A stretch of DNA of 64,000 bases, from IMG/VR virus record IMGVR_UViG_3300023105_001451, positions 1 to 64,000 of that record, one strand, 5' to 3'. Position 1 is the stretch's first letter; each line of letters starts with the position of its first letter. The notes below the pieces were generated by a model. That model saw only the letters and a list, made by a program, of their open reading frames with translations. It did not search any database and was not told where the DNA came from. Origin of the DNA: a virus. Its lineage: Duplodnaviria; Caudoviricetes. The position numbers and the translations under genes were made by a program. Shown here piece after piece: positions 22,601 through 30,331 of this stretch.

Positions 22601-25600
22601 CCGGGCGGCGATCAGTCACTCAAAATAGATACTACGTTGCTTAGAAATTTTGCAGAAAAATTTGATGTAAGTGACAATGGAGAAGTTTTAGTTGCAACAG
22701 CAGAATATGAATACAATGCAGATCCTTGGGAAGCTAATACTGATTATCAAGTAGGAGTTAGAGTAAAATATAATAATGATTTTTACGAATGTATTGTTGA
22801 AGTAGACGGATCGCTTCCTGTACATGCGACATTTAGTGCTACTAATATTGTTAACTTCTGGAAAAAATTACCTATTATTAAAAAGGTAATAGTTTATAGA
22901 AATGTAAACGATAATTATCAAAAATCACAAGAATTAATTGCGCCGATTGTTGATGAAAATATGGAATTCGGAGTTACACTAAGCATTAGTCAAGACGGAA
23001 AGATGATTGCAGTTGGTGCCCCTGGAGCCGATGTAAACAACGAACTAGACATAGGTGCAGTCTTTGTTTACAAACAAGTAAATGGTACTTTTGAATTATC
23101 ACAAACTTTAACAAGTACAAATCAAATTCAAGGCGAACAATTTGGTAGGAACATTGATTTTGACGGATTTACTTTATATGTTAGTGCGTTCAATGCATCA
23201 AGCGACGACAATACTACATTTGATTTAGAATCAACAGTATTTGACAACAAATTTACAACATTTAAAAACGAAATAGCTTCAAATGGTGTTGTTTATGTTT
23301 ATAGCAGAATAGACGAAGCACTAGTATTTGGACAATCTCTTGATTATCATACATATGCATCAAGAGATAATATTGCTGAAATAGATGTGTTTGGTAGAAA
23401 TATGTTAGCAAGTAACAACCATTTGTATTTGTCTGTTCCTCAGTATAAAAATCAAGATGATAAACTTGGATTAATTTTAGATTATAGAAGAGCTGATAAT
23501 CAACAATTATGGAAAGTTCATAGAGAGTATTCGGCACCTGTTGATTTAGAAAAAATTAAAAAAGTGATGCTATATAACAAATCTAAAAATGAAATTATAA
23601 CTAATTTAGATTATATAGATCCTATTCAAGGAAAAATTGCTGGACCTGCAGACGAAGAACTTAGATACAAAACGCCAGTTGATCCTGCTTACTACAATAA
23701 CTCATCGATTAATAACGTTGTTCTTGACGAAAATAGAAGTTGGGGCACAGAGCAGGTAGGAAGACTTTGGTGGGATTTGACTACAACAAAATTCTTTAAT
23801 GTTTATCAAGGAAACTTAATTTATAAATCTAATAACTTTAATACTTTATTTCCTGGAGCATCTGTGGACATTTATGAATGGGTGCAATCGTCTGTTTTGC
23901 CTACCGAATGGGACAAAAGATCTAGTGAAAACAAAGAAGGATTTTCTGGAACAACAAAGTACGGTAGTGACGCTTATTGTACTAGAAGAGTATACGATAC
24001 CATTGCTAAGAGATTTATAACTTACTATTATTTCTGGGTTAAAAATAAAACATCTGTTCCAGACGTGCAAGGCAGAAGTATATCAGCTCTTACAGTAAAG
24101 AATTTAATTGAAGATCCGGCAGGACAAAAATACAAATTTATTACATTTAAAGACGCACAATCAATGGTGCTGTATAATTGTGCATCATTAATGGAAGATC
24201 AAGATATAGTTTTAAATGTTCAATATTGGACAACAGGAAACAAATATTCTAACATTCATAATCAATATCAAATTGTTACTGAAGGATTAGCTACAAGCGT
24301 TCCTAATGATGCAATTAGACAAAAATTAATAGATAGTTTAATAGGTTATGACTCTCAAAATAGACCAGTACCGGATTTAAATCTAGCACCTAATGAAAGA
24401 TACGGAATTTTTAATAAGCCACGACAAGGTTGGTTTGTCAACAGACAAGAAGCATTAAAGCAAGTAATTGAGCGTGTTAATAATGTACTTCAAAAAACTT
24501 TAGTTGTTGAAGAAAAGGATATATCTAAATTTTTAGATACAGATCCAGCACCATCGGTTAGTACTGGAAGATACGATACAGCAATTGATAATTATGTTGA
24601 TTTACAGTTTGTTAGTATTGTTAGAGCACAGACTGCAGAACTACAACCTGTGATACAAGACGGTAAAATAGTTCGTGTAGACATTATTAATCCAGGAAGA
24701 AGTTACAAATATGCACCTGCATACGAAATTACAGGTCAAGGTTCTGGCGCAGAATTAGAATTTAGTCTGGATGTATTAGGTCAAATTTCAGAAGTTACAA
24801 TTAAAAACCCAGGTATAAACTATAATGATAATACTTCTATTACAGTTAGACCGTTTGCAGTATTAGTAAATGCAGATGAAACTGTTAATAATAATTGGGG
24901 AATATATCATTTAATTAACAATAATTGGGTTAGAGTTTCGTCGCAGTCATATGATGTTACAGCGTATTGGAACTACTCTGATTGGTATGCAGAAGGGTAT
25001 AGTGAGTTTACTGAAATAGATAATGTTATTGATTTTAATTATAATTTGCAGTCTCTAGACGACAGCATTGGACAGATAGTTAAAATTCTTAATACTGGCG
25101 GCGAAGGTTGGCTGTTGTTAGAAAAAATAAACAATGCTGATACAGTAGATTATACAGTAAACTATAAAACCGTAGGTAAAGAAAACGGAACTATACAACT
25201 TTCAGACACATTATTTAATTATGCACAGAACTTAGTAGGCTTTGATAATCAAACTTTTGACACACAATTCTTTGATAAACAGCCTGTACAAGAACTAAGA
25301 TTAATTTTTGAAGCATTACAAAGTGACATATTCGTTGCAGATTTAGCAAATGAATTTAATAATTTATTCTTCCTTGCATTGCGTTATGTCTTTACAGAAC
25401 AAGGTTACGTCGATTGGGCATTTAAAACAAGTTTTGTAAAAGCTAAACATAATGTAGGACAACTAAGACAGTTAGTTAACTTTAAAAATGATAGTCTTGA
25501 GAGCTATGAACAGTATATTAAAGAAGTTAAACCGTACAAAACAAAAATTAGAGAATATGTTTCGACTTACGATAAGTTAGAAAATTCTTCAAACGTAATT

Positions 25601-28600
25601 TCTGACTTTGATGCACCTCCAAGATACAACAACGAAACTTCAAAAATAAGTCCTATTGATGTAAGAGTAGTAAACGGAGTATTGTTTGGAACTGGAGTTT
25701 TACAAGGAGCTGATAATAACTGGTTAGAAAATGCATCTTATAAAATTGTAGACATTAAAATTGCAGATCCCGGAGAGGGATATACCGAAGTACCAGAAAT
25801 AATTATCGAAGGAAATGCTACAGCAAAAGCATCAATAGGTTCTAATGGAGTAATTTCGAGTATAATAGTTACAGATAGCGGAAGCGGATACACTAGTTTG
25901 CCAGAAATTACAATTAATGGTACATTAAGAGAAGGCGGCAGAGAAGCAACTCTTGGTGCAGTATTAGGAGACACTCCGGTAAGAACTATGCATACTATTG
26001 TTAAGTTTGATAGAGTTAGTGGAGCATTCTTTATTACACAACTTAATGAAACAGAAACATTTACAGGAACTGGTAGTAGATCAAAATTTGATTTGAAATG
26101 GCCAATGGATTTACGAACAAATACTATCGAAATATTTGTAGACGGTGAACTTGTTCTAGGAAGTAACTACACATTTACTAATCGTGTAGACGAGGAAGAA
26201 ACTTATACACGTTATCACGGAGAAATTGAATTTATTGATCCACCTGCAAATGAATCAGTAATTGAAATTAACTATAAAAAGTGGATTAACTTATTAGACG
26301 CCCAGGATAGAATAAACTTATTCTATAATCCAACAGACGGGCAAATAGGTAAAGATATTAGTCAATTAATGGATGGTATTGATTATGGTGGTGTCGAAGT
26401 TAAGAGTTTTGAGTTCGGTGCACCTCCAGGTTGGGATACTGGCGAATGGTTTACAGATAACTGGGACGTATATGACGATAACTTTGATGATGAAATTTTT
26501 GTAACAGATGGTTCTACATTAACATTTGATTTAGCAAAGCCATTAGCTAAAGATGTAAAATACAATGTTTATATTAATGGTGTTAGAATTGACGATGACG
26601 AATGGGACGGAACGTCAACAGTTGAAAATCCTTATGCTATTATGGCACCTATTATCGGCGATGGCGTTACTGATACATTTACATTTGAAAATGAAATTGG
26701 ATACAGAAAAGCAGCTGAAGAAATTGACCCAGGCGACGGCAACGGATCTTTTGATAACCCTCCGGGGATTACTGTAACAATACGTAGATCTACTTCTGAT
26801 GGTAGTAGAGCTGTTAGTGAATCGGCATACGATACTGCAATTACTGGCGGCGATCTTGCTTATACAACAGCATTAGGTATTAATGCAGAAGATATTGATA
26901 TAGACGGTGACGGTTTTGTAACTGTAACAACATCAAAAGGACCTGAAGAAACAGTTCCAGGACAAATTATGGATACGTTAGATATAACTGTATACGAACG
27001 TCCTAATAGTGGTTCGGGTGTTATTGAAGTAGCAGCATATAAATCAGACGGAATAACATCAGAATATGCAATAACTCAAGGGACGTTTTCTTCAGATGAC
27101 GTGATTGTAAAATTAAATTACGAAATTGTTGATAGCTCTCAATACAGAGTTGACTTTGACAAAAAGACTGTTGATTTTTATACAGCGCCAGCTGCCGGAA
27201 ACGATATTGTAATTGTTTCTGTAGGTATTGGCGGAACTGATTTGTTGGATTACGGTGAAACAATTACCGACGGAAGTACACAACTATACGAAACAGCAAT
27301 TCCTTATAGTGAAGACCTTACTGCGTATGTAACTGTAAATGGTACTGAACTTCCATTTACTTTAGTTGACAACAACGGCGATGTAGGTATTAGATTCTCT
27401 CAAACTCCTCTTGCAGATAGATTATTACAGTTTGCTATTTTTAACTCTACAGTAGAGACATTTAGTAAAGTAGCAGTTAGTACTATAACAGCTGACGGCA
27501 GTTCGTTAGCTTATGAATTACCAAGAACACCGTTTGAGCAACAGCCAACTTCGTATTATACTATTGTAACAGTAAACAATGAAAGAGTTTTAACTGCGGG
27601 GTATAGTGAAGTATTTACAGTAGAAGAAAATGTAACAGATTATAGATTGAAAGTATGGCAAATTCCAGTAGGAAGTACTGAAGGCACAGAGATTAAAGTT
27701 TTCTTAAATGATAGAGAGCTTGAATTCTTGCAAGAATGGACCTATGAAGGTGCCGGATCGTTTAACCCTAACATTTCCGCAGATGCACAACCAGGAAGTA
27801 CAATTCAGTTAAACCAAGGTATTGGACAACCAGGTGACGAATTAAAAGTGTTTATTCTTTCAAGCGGTGAATATAGATTTGGATACTTTGATACAACTAA
27901 TGACTTTATTGACACTAGCGGAAAGCAAACACCAGCAGTAGTTACTCCTGTTATAGAAGATGGAGTAATTGTTGATGTTATTATTTCAAACCCAGGAAGA
28001 GGTTATAACAGTAGTTCTGGTATAGCAGCAACTTCAGAGGTTGGCATTGGAGCAGAGTTTGAAATTGAAGTTGATGAGATTGGCAGAATAGAAAATATTA
28101 TAATTGTTAATGGCGGCGAACGCTATGACGATGATACTACAATTAATATTGAAATTGTTCCTATTCCAGCAGTAATTTACTTTGATGAAGTCTTTGCTGA
28201 AAATGATATAATTAAAGTTTATCAGTTTAGTAATCACAACGGTTTAGGTATTGAGAGAGAAAAGTACGACATATTAGAAAAAACGCAAATGACAGCCGGA
28301 ACACAAGGGTATTACGATTCAAGACTCCTACGTAACGGTTTTATAGATTTACGTTCAGAAGCAATAAGTGTAAACTATGTTTGGGTAAGCCTAAATGGTA
28401 GATGGTTAACTCCTACTGCTGACTATATTCTTTTAGAAAACAATAAAACAATACAACTAATTACTCCGGTAGAACAGTATGATGTAGTAGACGTTATGCA
28501 CTTTGCTGCACCACCTGTTTCGACTAGATTTGGATGGCGTCAGTTTAAAGATATGTTAAACAGAACAACTTACTTACGTTTGTCAAGAGATGACGAGCAC

Positions 28601-29689
28601 GAGTTAGCTGCACCATTACGTTGGTATGATAGATCTATTGAAGTTGCAGAAGGTTTTGAAACATTGCCACAACCTACGTCAACTAGTAAATATCCAGGAG
28701 TGATATTTATTGAAGGCGAAAGAATCGAATTCTTCCGTAGGGAAGGCAATATTCTAAAACAACTTCGTAGAGGAACAATGGGTACTGGTGTAAAGGATGA
28801 ATATGCAGCAGGGACTTACTTCTATAATCAAGGTCTTGACAGTGTTGTACCTTATAAAGATGAAGAAGATAGATTTACAGTTAAAAGTGGCACTTACACA
28901 GACACTTCTGTAACGTATCCAAACTCATCTCCGGACATAACAGTTGATAGTATTTCTTACAGTTTCAATAATAACACTGTATTTCCTGTAAGAGTTGCAG
29001 GAGTTTACGAACAAATAGCAACGGTTACTGGTACTGGATTTAGACCCGAGGTTAAGGTACTAATGCAAGACGAAACTGGTAACATCAGAGAGCTAGAAAA
29101 AGTGTCTAGCACAGAAACTGAAATACAATTCCATACAGAAACAATGCCAGTAGGTGCATACGATTTAGTAATTTATAATCCAAGAGAAGAATCACCTGCA
29201 TTAAGACAAGAAAGTTATTTAGTAATGCCTAAGTTCTTACCATATGTACAAATATTGGTAGATTTTAGTCCAGAAGCGTTTACTGATGTTGTACAGAATC
29301 CAACAGAAACAGGAGAATGGTATAAAGCACCGTTTGATGAAGGTGGTATTCCAGAAGAATATTGGCAAGCACTTAATATTGAAGTTTTTGCTAATGGTAA
29401 AAGATTACGCAAAGCACCGATAACAATTTATGATGTTACAAAAGGACAAGGTAGTCCAGATGGCGATATACAGCTCGAAGCAGAATATGCAGTAAACAAA
29501 AACGAAGGTGGCTATGTAAGATTAACTACACCGCCAGAACCGGAAACTACGCTAACTATTGTTAGAAAATTAGGGGCAGATTGGAGAGAACTAGATAATG
29601 AAAGTTCAAATCAGTTTAAACCCTTAGGAATTTCTAATACAGAAGTAGCAACTTTCTTACGTGGAAAGACAATTAATTTGCCGCGATAA
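13688..29689 (+). CDS. Giant (5333 aa) baseplate wedge / adhesin-like virion protein in the gp7 position
   Basis: Follows gp6 with overlapping stop/start; N-terminal LPKYFRT..NKKFL..TLDQ. Contains CBM5/12-like repeats, FG-GAP-like propeller repeats, I..PG.GY repeats, DG.T..F Ig-like repeats and an IPT/TIG-like domain near the C-terminus. Confidence 0.75.
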   Translation: MAYNNGQSEYPVPTGDGDSGKRESARHLPKYFRTDKNKKFLQSTLDQILQPGVAEKVNSYVGRKSAKAYNLSDNYLPEVSKDREDYQLEPVSVIEDLIGNVDFYADYRDYINQIKAQGGTADNHGRNNKEEFYAWDPHIDWDKFSNFREYYWLANGPRSVIIPGESKEITSTYTVKLAEALGDYSYVFTPDGLTNNPNLKLYRGVKYRFEIDTPGVPLTFRTARVLDDEFLLNDGISQQEVEQGVIELELGRDAPDELYYVSSNDVNIGGFIKVANVEDATFIDVEAEILGKKSYTSRDGWTVSNGLKVRFQGEVIPEKYSDSEWYVEGVGDAIVLVSGRDVEVSFPVGIDVDVPFDADEGFDNFPFSEATGYPRDKDYITINRSSTDGNFWSRYNRWFHKDVIELADSINKSVTLLDQTTRANRPIIEFDPGIKLYNFGTSSKGIVDLIDDYTTDVFSTIEGSLGYNIDGIQVSQGMRILFLADPDPLVTGKIFEVNFLQFRGSGTGGQIQLIEVADSDPIAGENILVTRGEQYGGKIWYYDGTVWNLAQEKVSVNQPPIFDVFDVDDVSFSNTSKYPASSFRGTKLFSYKENSLTTDSELGFGLSYRSIENVGDIVFDFNYNTDTFQYQIGDTIIDTNINTGFLRKYNSNNQFEVKGVYVKSDRLSEQAVVLQYVNDETRLTYPINCFNQSAYLDDLNVIVYVDNVRQYDGIDYECIDTADKLKNVKFLKDIDVNAVIILKCFSSAIKNNNGYYEIANNLERNPLNEDISTFTLGEVSDHVLSITENASEFSGVFPGPSNLRDISKLSTYGRKFIKHSAPLNLSIYSLLDKSSNAPNAVRYARKEYSKFKRVFLETAESLGYEGPVRQHVDKIISEITKDKTNTMPFYQSDMIPFGASITTKITVEDADARFFALNTPFTLSKLSTNAVTVYINGSQLIHERDYVFNEEGFLEITVEKNFGDIIEINEYDTTNGSYIPPTPTKLGLYPAYEPVIYVDDSYQPAVTLIKGHDGSIVRAFGDFRDNLIIELEKRIFNNIKIKYDTSEINIHSFLPGLSRNTAFSRLEVDKTMTPDFIQWLSLVDQDYTEHAFFDRSNNFSYNYSSLSDKNGDKLPGWWRGIYRYYYDTITPHLTPWEMLGFSIEPKWWKEQYGPAPYTKNNNLLWEDLEKGIIREPGKGFVINKLYARPGLSTFIPVDAQGNILAPSECNIPLRFTFNNITSGFKFGDSAPVEDAWRSSSEYPFSVITSWLINNPSTLLSSGFDRSRQKRNILGQFVYTETNRHIRLQDLVFPSNINSSQKVFTSGLINYIQSYMSYNLTESFDTYQSNLKSIKNKLAFKLGGYSDKEKFKLILDSRTPLNQGNVFIPEENYKLFLNTSYAINTVTYSGVIIEKTLGGFSIRGYDSLFPAFKYFEPYTSTGDVTVNVGGVSETFASWTENKTYVKDLIVEYNGSFYRTLRTVTSSEEFDPNDFVKLSRLPVTGGIDATFKTKFEKSQILQLPYGSILPTIQDVVDFLLGYEEWLKVQGFRFEHFDGKEVIISDWKNSAREFMFWTMHNWGDNAIISLSPAADQIWFETEYSVVDNVIDNFYGYGIFKASGKPLDTSKLNFDRIDVNKFKITPNSSSDGVYAIKLPVVQKEHIVLIDNSTVFGDVVYQPSTGYRQERIKTFGYRTSGWDGSLNIPGFIYTEVTIKEWESWKDYDIGSIVKYKEFYYSANSKISGKETFTFNDWTRISDVPESTLKPNFEYKINQFADFYDLDTDNFDTEQQQLAQHLIGYQKRSYLENIINDEVSQYKFYQGMIKEKGTKNSLDKLFDVLSADDKESLDFYEEWAIKQGQYGASEGFDEVEFTLDERKFRINPQPIKLSNSDEDEGLIYKIKDYEVYKKPDNYSNNLFPLLEDYKQFTRSPGFMNIEDVKELVPDYDSLLTLNIDNLNNLDYVWTGSDNNKWDVLQYGIGNEQIVSLKTSPEKSPNTPDLFEIELTLTSVAEDVNIGDVIGIFNIQVPKDLNEDSTKINTTNTELNSLKGFFKVTGKYLNKLYVGSSTQLDAIPECTGLMSKFSSVKVADYLEANQLTQKGVKNESLVWIQNNDQNWKVLKNTQAYSLLQTIPAEEEGTTNEFGKTITVDNRNSLLSVASPSSGISGKLFIYNRGGNNQNFQFAQIIEPSTSGVSDPGNSFGSGQSFSKDGKYLVVGAPKASNIKTRYQGFFDEAANYDNGDIVQYGGQLWEVVVDILGAQDEQEFGSFGSNIEVLQSNNVFQNEAFFRNILLGDYPFDGDEIETDHILIRASFDQYEATGPGDTVFFDWYAITTANQFDPLSPRVPFQTDDMPLGYTQEGLTEAYLESGLVIRGKADVILYTPIISTVPQVGDQIESTGVFGYVSYVRVDEARATIYVERTSGIWPAADNLFLESGEFVGAYVRQAPNDTIDVSDQLGGYWYFDLPNPILLTENNVDEGRALAVYNIIPSGKTDPGGAGGNIWDLNNTVTNIGDNSINSYIRTLTYQGSPGPAGNLDIIPSDLFVVRASKDLTDNLTPGDEIGLEVIRFPDFTNNNEFIDLTVTGLEYTDTNKKHILYDLWDGYIDFDLDETDSNTGQPFEPRIGQFVRERTPNPGATAKVAFYQKFNNSRARVYVTNVQGTWGIGNDGRTLEMIGDPQDPNPIYAVDQDLGDIRATALGSDTLGIGKLCVIQLPAEIETVPVQSTLIGAEYLIYRDFPIFGLPREANIPGSTNLDYKQVFKIPVNPDGPSTNVNNLGYYAIYERENVSTFNIVDTLIVPELVEDLNVGSQIKIAKRNDLYKAFIKAEGNGTISNPGRIYFVNKGTDDEGIVYDWEYAKDKRYKGVFSDQNEYLLDDYVYYEGYFYKALTNIAGDGTAFVTTEWELINNDQIRSIDYLGYIPNDTSILPEDFDYKGLFDSNSTYIVDEIVQYLDGNFYKALRNIPLNYNGFVDVEGIIEYPAEDWEQISFTPGGDQSLKIDTTLLRNFAEKFDVSDNGEVLVATAEYEYNADPWEANTDYQVGVRVKYNNDFYECIVEVDGSLPVHATFSATNIVNFWKKLPIIKKVIVYRNVNDNYQKSQELIAPIVDENMEFGVTLSISQDGKMIAVGAPGADVNNELDIGAVFVYKQVNGTFELSQTLTSTNQIQGEQFGRNIDFDGFTLYVSAFNASSDDNTTFDLESTVFDNKFTTFKNEIASNGVVYVYSRIDEALVFGQSLDYHTYASRDNIAEIDVFGRNMLASNNHLYLSVPQYKNQDDKLGLILDYRRADNQQLWKVHREYSAPVDLEKIKKVMLYNKSKNEIITNLDYIDPIQGKIAGPADEELRYKTPVDPAYYNNSSINNVVLDENRSWGTEQVGRLWWDLTTTKFFNVYQGNLIYKSNNFNTLFPGASVDIYEWVQSSVLPTEWDKRSSENKEGFSGTTKYGSDAYCTRRVYDTIAKRFITYYYFWVKNKTSVPDVQGRSISALTVKNLIEDPAGQKYKFITFKDAQSMVLYNCASLMEDQDIVLNVQYWTTGNKYSNIHNQYQIVTEGLATSVPNDAIRQKLIDSLIGYDSQNRPVPDLNLAPNERYGIFNKPRQGWFVNRQEALKQVIERVNNVLQKTLVVEEKDISKFLDTDPAPSVSTGRYDTAIDNYVDLQFVSIVRAQTAELQPVIQDGKIVRVDIINPGRSYKYAPAYEITGQGSGAELEFSLDVLGQISEVTIKNPGINYNDNTSITVRPFAVLVNADETVNNNWGIYHLINNNWVRVSSQSYDVTAYWNYSDWYAEGYSEFTEIDNVIDFNYNLQSLDDSIGQIVKILNTGGEGWLLLEKINNADTVDYTVNYKTVGKENGTIQLSDTLFNYAQNLVGFDNQTFDTQFFDKQPVQELRLIFEALQSDIFVADLANEFNNLFFLALRYVFTEQGYVDWAFKTSFVKAKHNVGQLRQLVNFKNDSLESYEQYIKEVKPYKTKIREYVSTYDKLENSSNVISDFDAPPRYNNETSKISPIDVRVVNGVLFGTGVLQGADNNWLENASYKIVDIKIADPGEGYTEVPEIIIEGNATAKASIGSNGVISSIIVTDSGSGYTSLPEITINGTLREGGREATLGAVLGDTPVRTMHTIVKFDRVSGAFFITQLNETETFTGTGSRSKFDLKWPMDLRTNTIEIFVDGELVLGSNYTFTNRVDEEETYTRYHGEIEFIDPPANESVIEINYKKWINLLDAQDRINLFYNPTDGQIGKDISQLMDGIDYGGVEVKSFEFGAPPGWDTGEWFTDNWDVYDDNFDDEIFVTDGSTLTFDLAKPLAKDVKYNVYINGVRIDDDEWDGTSTVENPYAIMAPIIGDGVTDTFTFENEIGYRKAAEEIDPGDGNGSFDNPPGITVTIRRSTSDGSRAVSESAYDTAITGGDLAYTTALGINAEDIDIDGDGFVTVTTSKGPEETVPGQIMDTLDITVYERPNSGSGVIEVAAYKSDGITSEYAITQGTFSSDDVIVKLNYEIVDSSQYRVDFDKKTVDFYTAPAAGNDIVIVSVGIGGTDLLDYGETITDGSTQLYETAIPYSEDLTAYVTVNGTELPFTLVDNNGDVGIRFSQTPLADRLLQFAIFNSTVETFSKVAVSTITADGSSLAYELPRTPFEQQPTSYYTIVTVNNERVLTAGYSEVFTVEENVTDYRLKVWQIPVGSTEGTEIKVFLNDRELEFLQEWTYEGAGSFNPNISADAQPGSTIQLNQGIGQPGDELKVFILSSGEYRFGYFDTTNDFIDTSGKQTPAVVTPVIEDGVIVDVIISNPGRGYNSSSGIAATSEVGIGAEFEIEVDEIGRIENIIIVNGGERYDDDTTINIEIVPIPAVIYFDEVFAENDIIKVYQFSNHNGLGIEREKYDILEKTQMTAGTQGYYDSRLLRNGFIDLRSEAISVNYVWVSLNGRWLTPTADYILLENNKTIQLITPVEQYDVVDVMHFAAPPVSTRFGWRQFKDMLNRTTYLRLSRDDEHELAAPLRWYDRSIEVAEGFETLPQPTSTSKYPGVIFIEGERIEFFRREGNILKQLRRGTMGTGVKDEYAAGTYFYNQGLDSVVPYKDEEDRFTVKSGTYTDTSVTYPNSSPDITVDSISYSFNNNTVFPVRVAGVYEQIATVTGTGFRPEVKVLMQDETGNIRELEKVSSTETEIQFHTETMPVGAYDLVIYNPREESPALRQESYLVMPKFLPYVQILVDFSPEAFTDVVQNPTETGEWYKAPFDEGGIPEEYWQALNIEVFANGKRLRKAPITIYDVTKGQGSPDGDIQLEAEYAVNKNEGGYVRLTTPPEPETTLTIVRKLGADWRELDNESSNQFKPLGISNTEVATFLRGKTINLPR

Positions 29690-29692
29690 ATA
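29687..29692 (+). promoter_or_regulatory. Late promoter motif TAAATA
   Basis: Overlaps the stop of the giant gene, upstream of an AGGA RBS and ATG 29713. Confidence 0.55.
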
Positions 29693-29712
29693 GTATTGAC
29701 AGGAAAACAAAA

Positions 29713-30327
29713 ATGGCTGATAATTTTAAAGATACACAAGGAATAATGTTGCAAGGACATATAAAAATACACGATCCAGAATCGGGCGAAGTTATTGTGA
29801 ACAAACGCAATGCTATTCATTACGAAAATATGAGTGTAGCTCTTGCAGAAAGTTTATCTAATGCAGGGCAAGGCTGGATTAACGAGATGAGCTTTGGTAA
29901 TGGTGGTACTAGCGTAGATCCAACCGGGGTAATTACTTACCTAACTCCTAACAGTACTGGTGTTAATGCAAGTCTATACAACCAAACATTTACAAAGGTT
30001 GTAGATGATAGAAGTGTTAATAATATTGATCCTGCAAGAAACAAAACAGAAATAAGACATGTTAGCGGTACAAATTATACAGACATTTTAATTACATGTT
30101 TATTGGATTACGGAGAGCCAAACGGCCAAGATGCTTTTGATACAGCATCGAACAGCAATAACTTATATGTATTTGACGAACTAGGATTAAAAAGTTATAA
30201 TCCAGATGGTGACGGAAAGTTGCTGACGCACGTTATTTTCCATCCAGTTCAAAAAAGTTTAAACAGATTAATTCAAATTGATTATACAGTAAGAATTCAA
30301 TCATTAACCGGATTTAACGAGGGGTAA
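29713..30327 (+). CDS. Putative baseplate / tail-fibre attachment protein
   Basis: 204 aa; G.I.I.D..SGEV.V.K.NAI, FDELGL and HVIFHPVQKSLNR.IQIDYTVRI are typical of fibre-attachment proteins; in the late operon. Confidence 0.55.
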   Translation: MADNFKDTQGIMLQGHIKIHDPESGEVIVNKRNAIHYENMSVALAESLSNAGQGWINEMSFGNGGTSVDPTGVITYLTPNSTGVNASLYNQTFTKVVDDRSVNNIDPARNKTEIRHVSGTNYTDILITCLLDYGEPNGQDAFDTASNSNNLYVFDELGLKSYNPDGDGKLLTHVIFHPVQKSLNRLIQIDYTVRIQSLTGFNEG

Positions 30328-30331
30328 TTAA

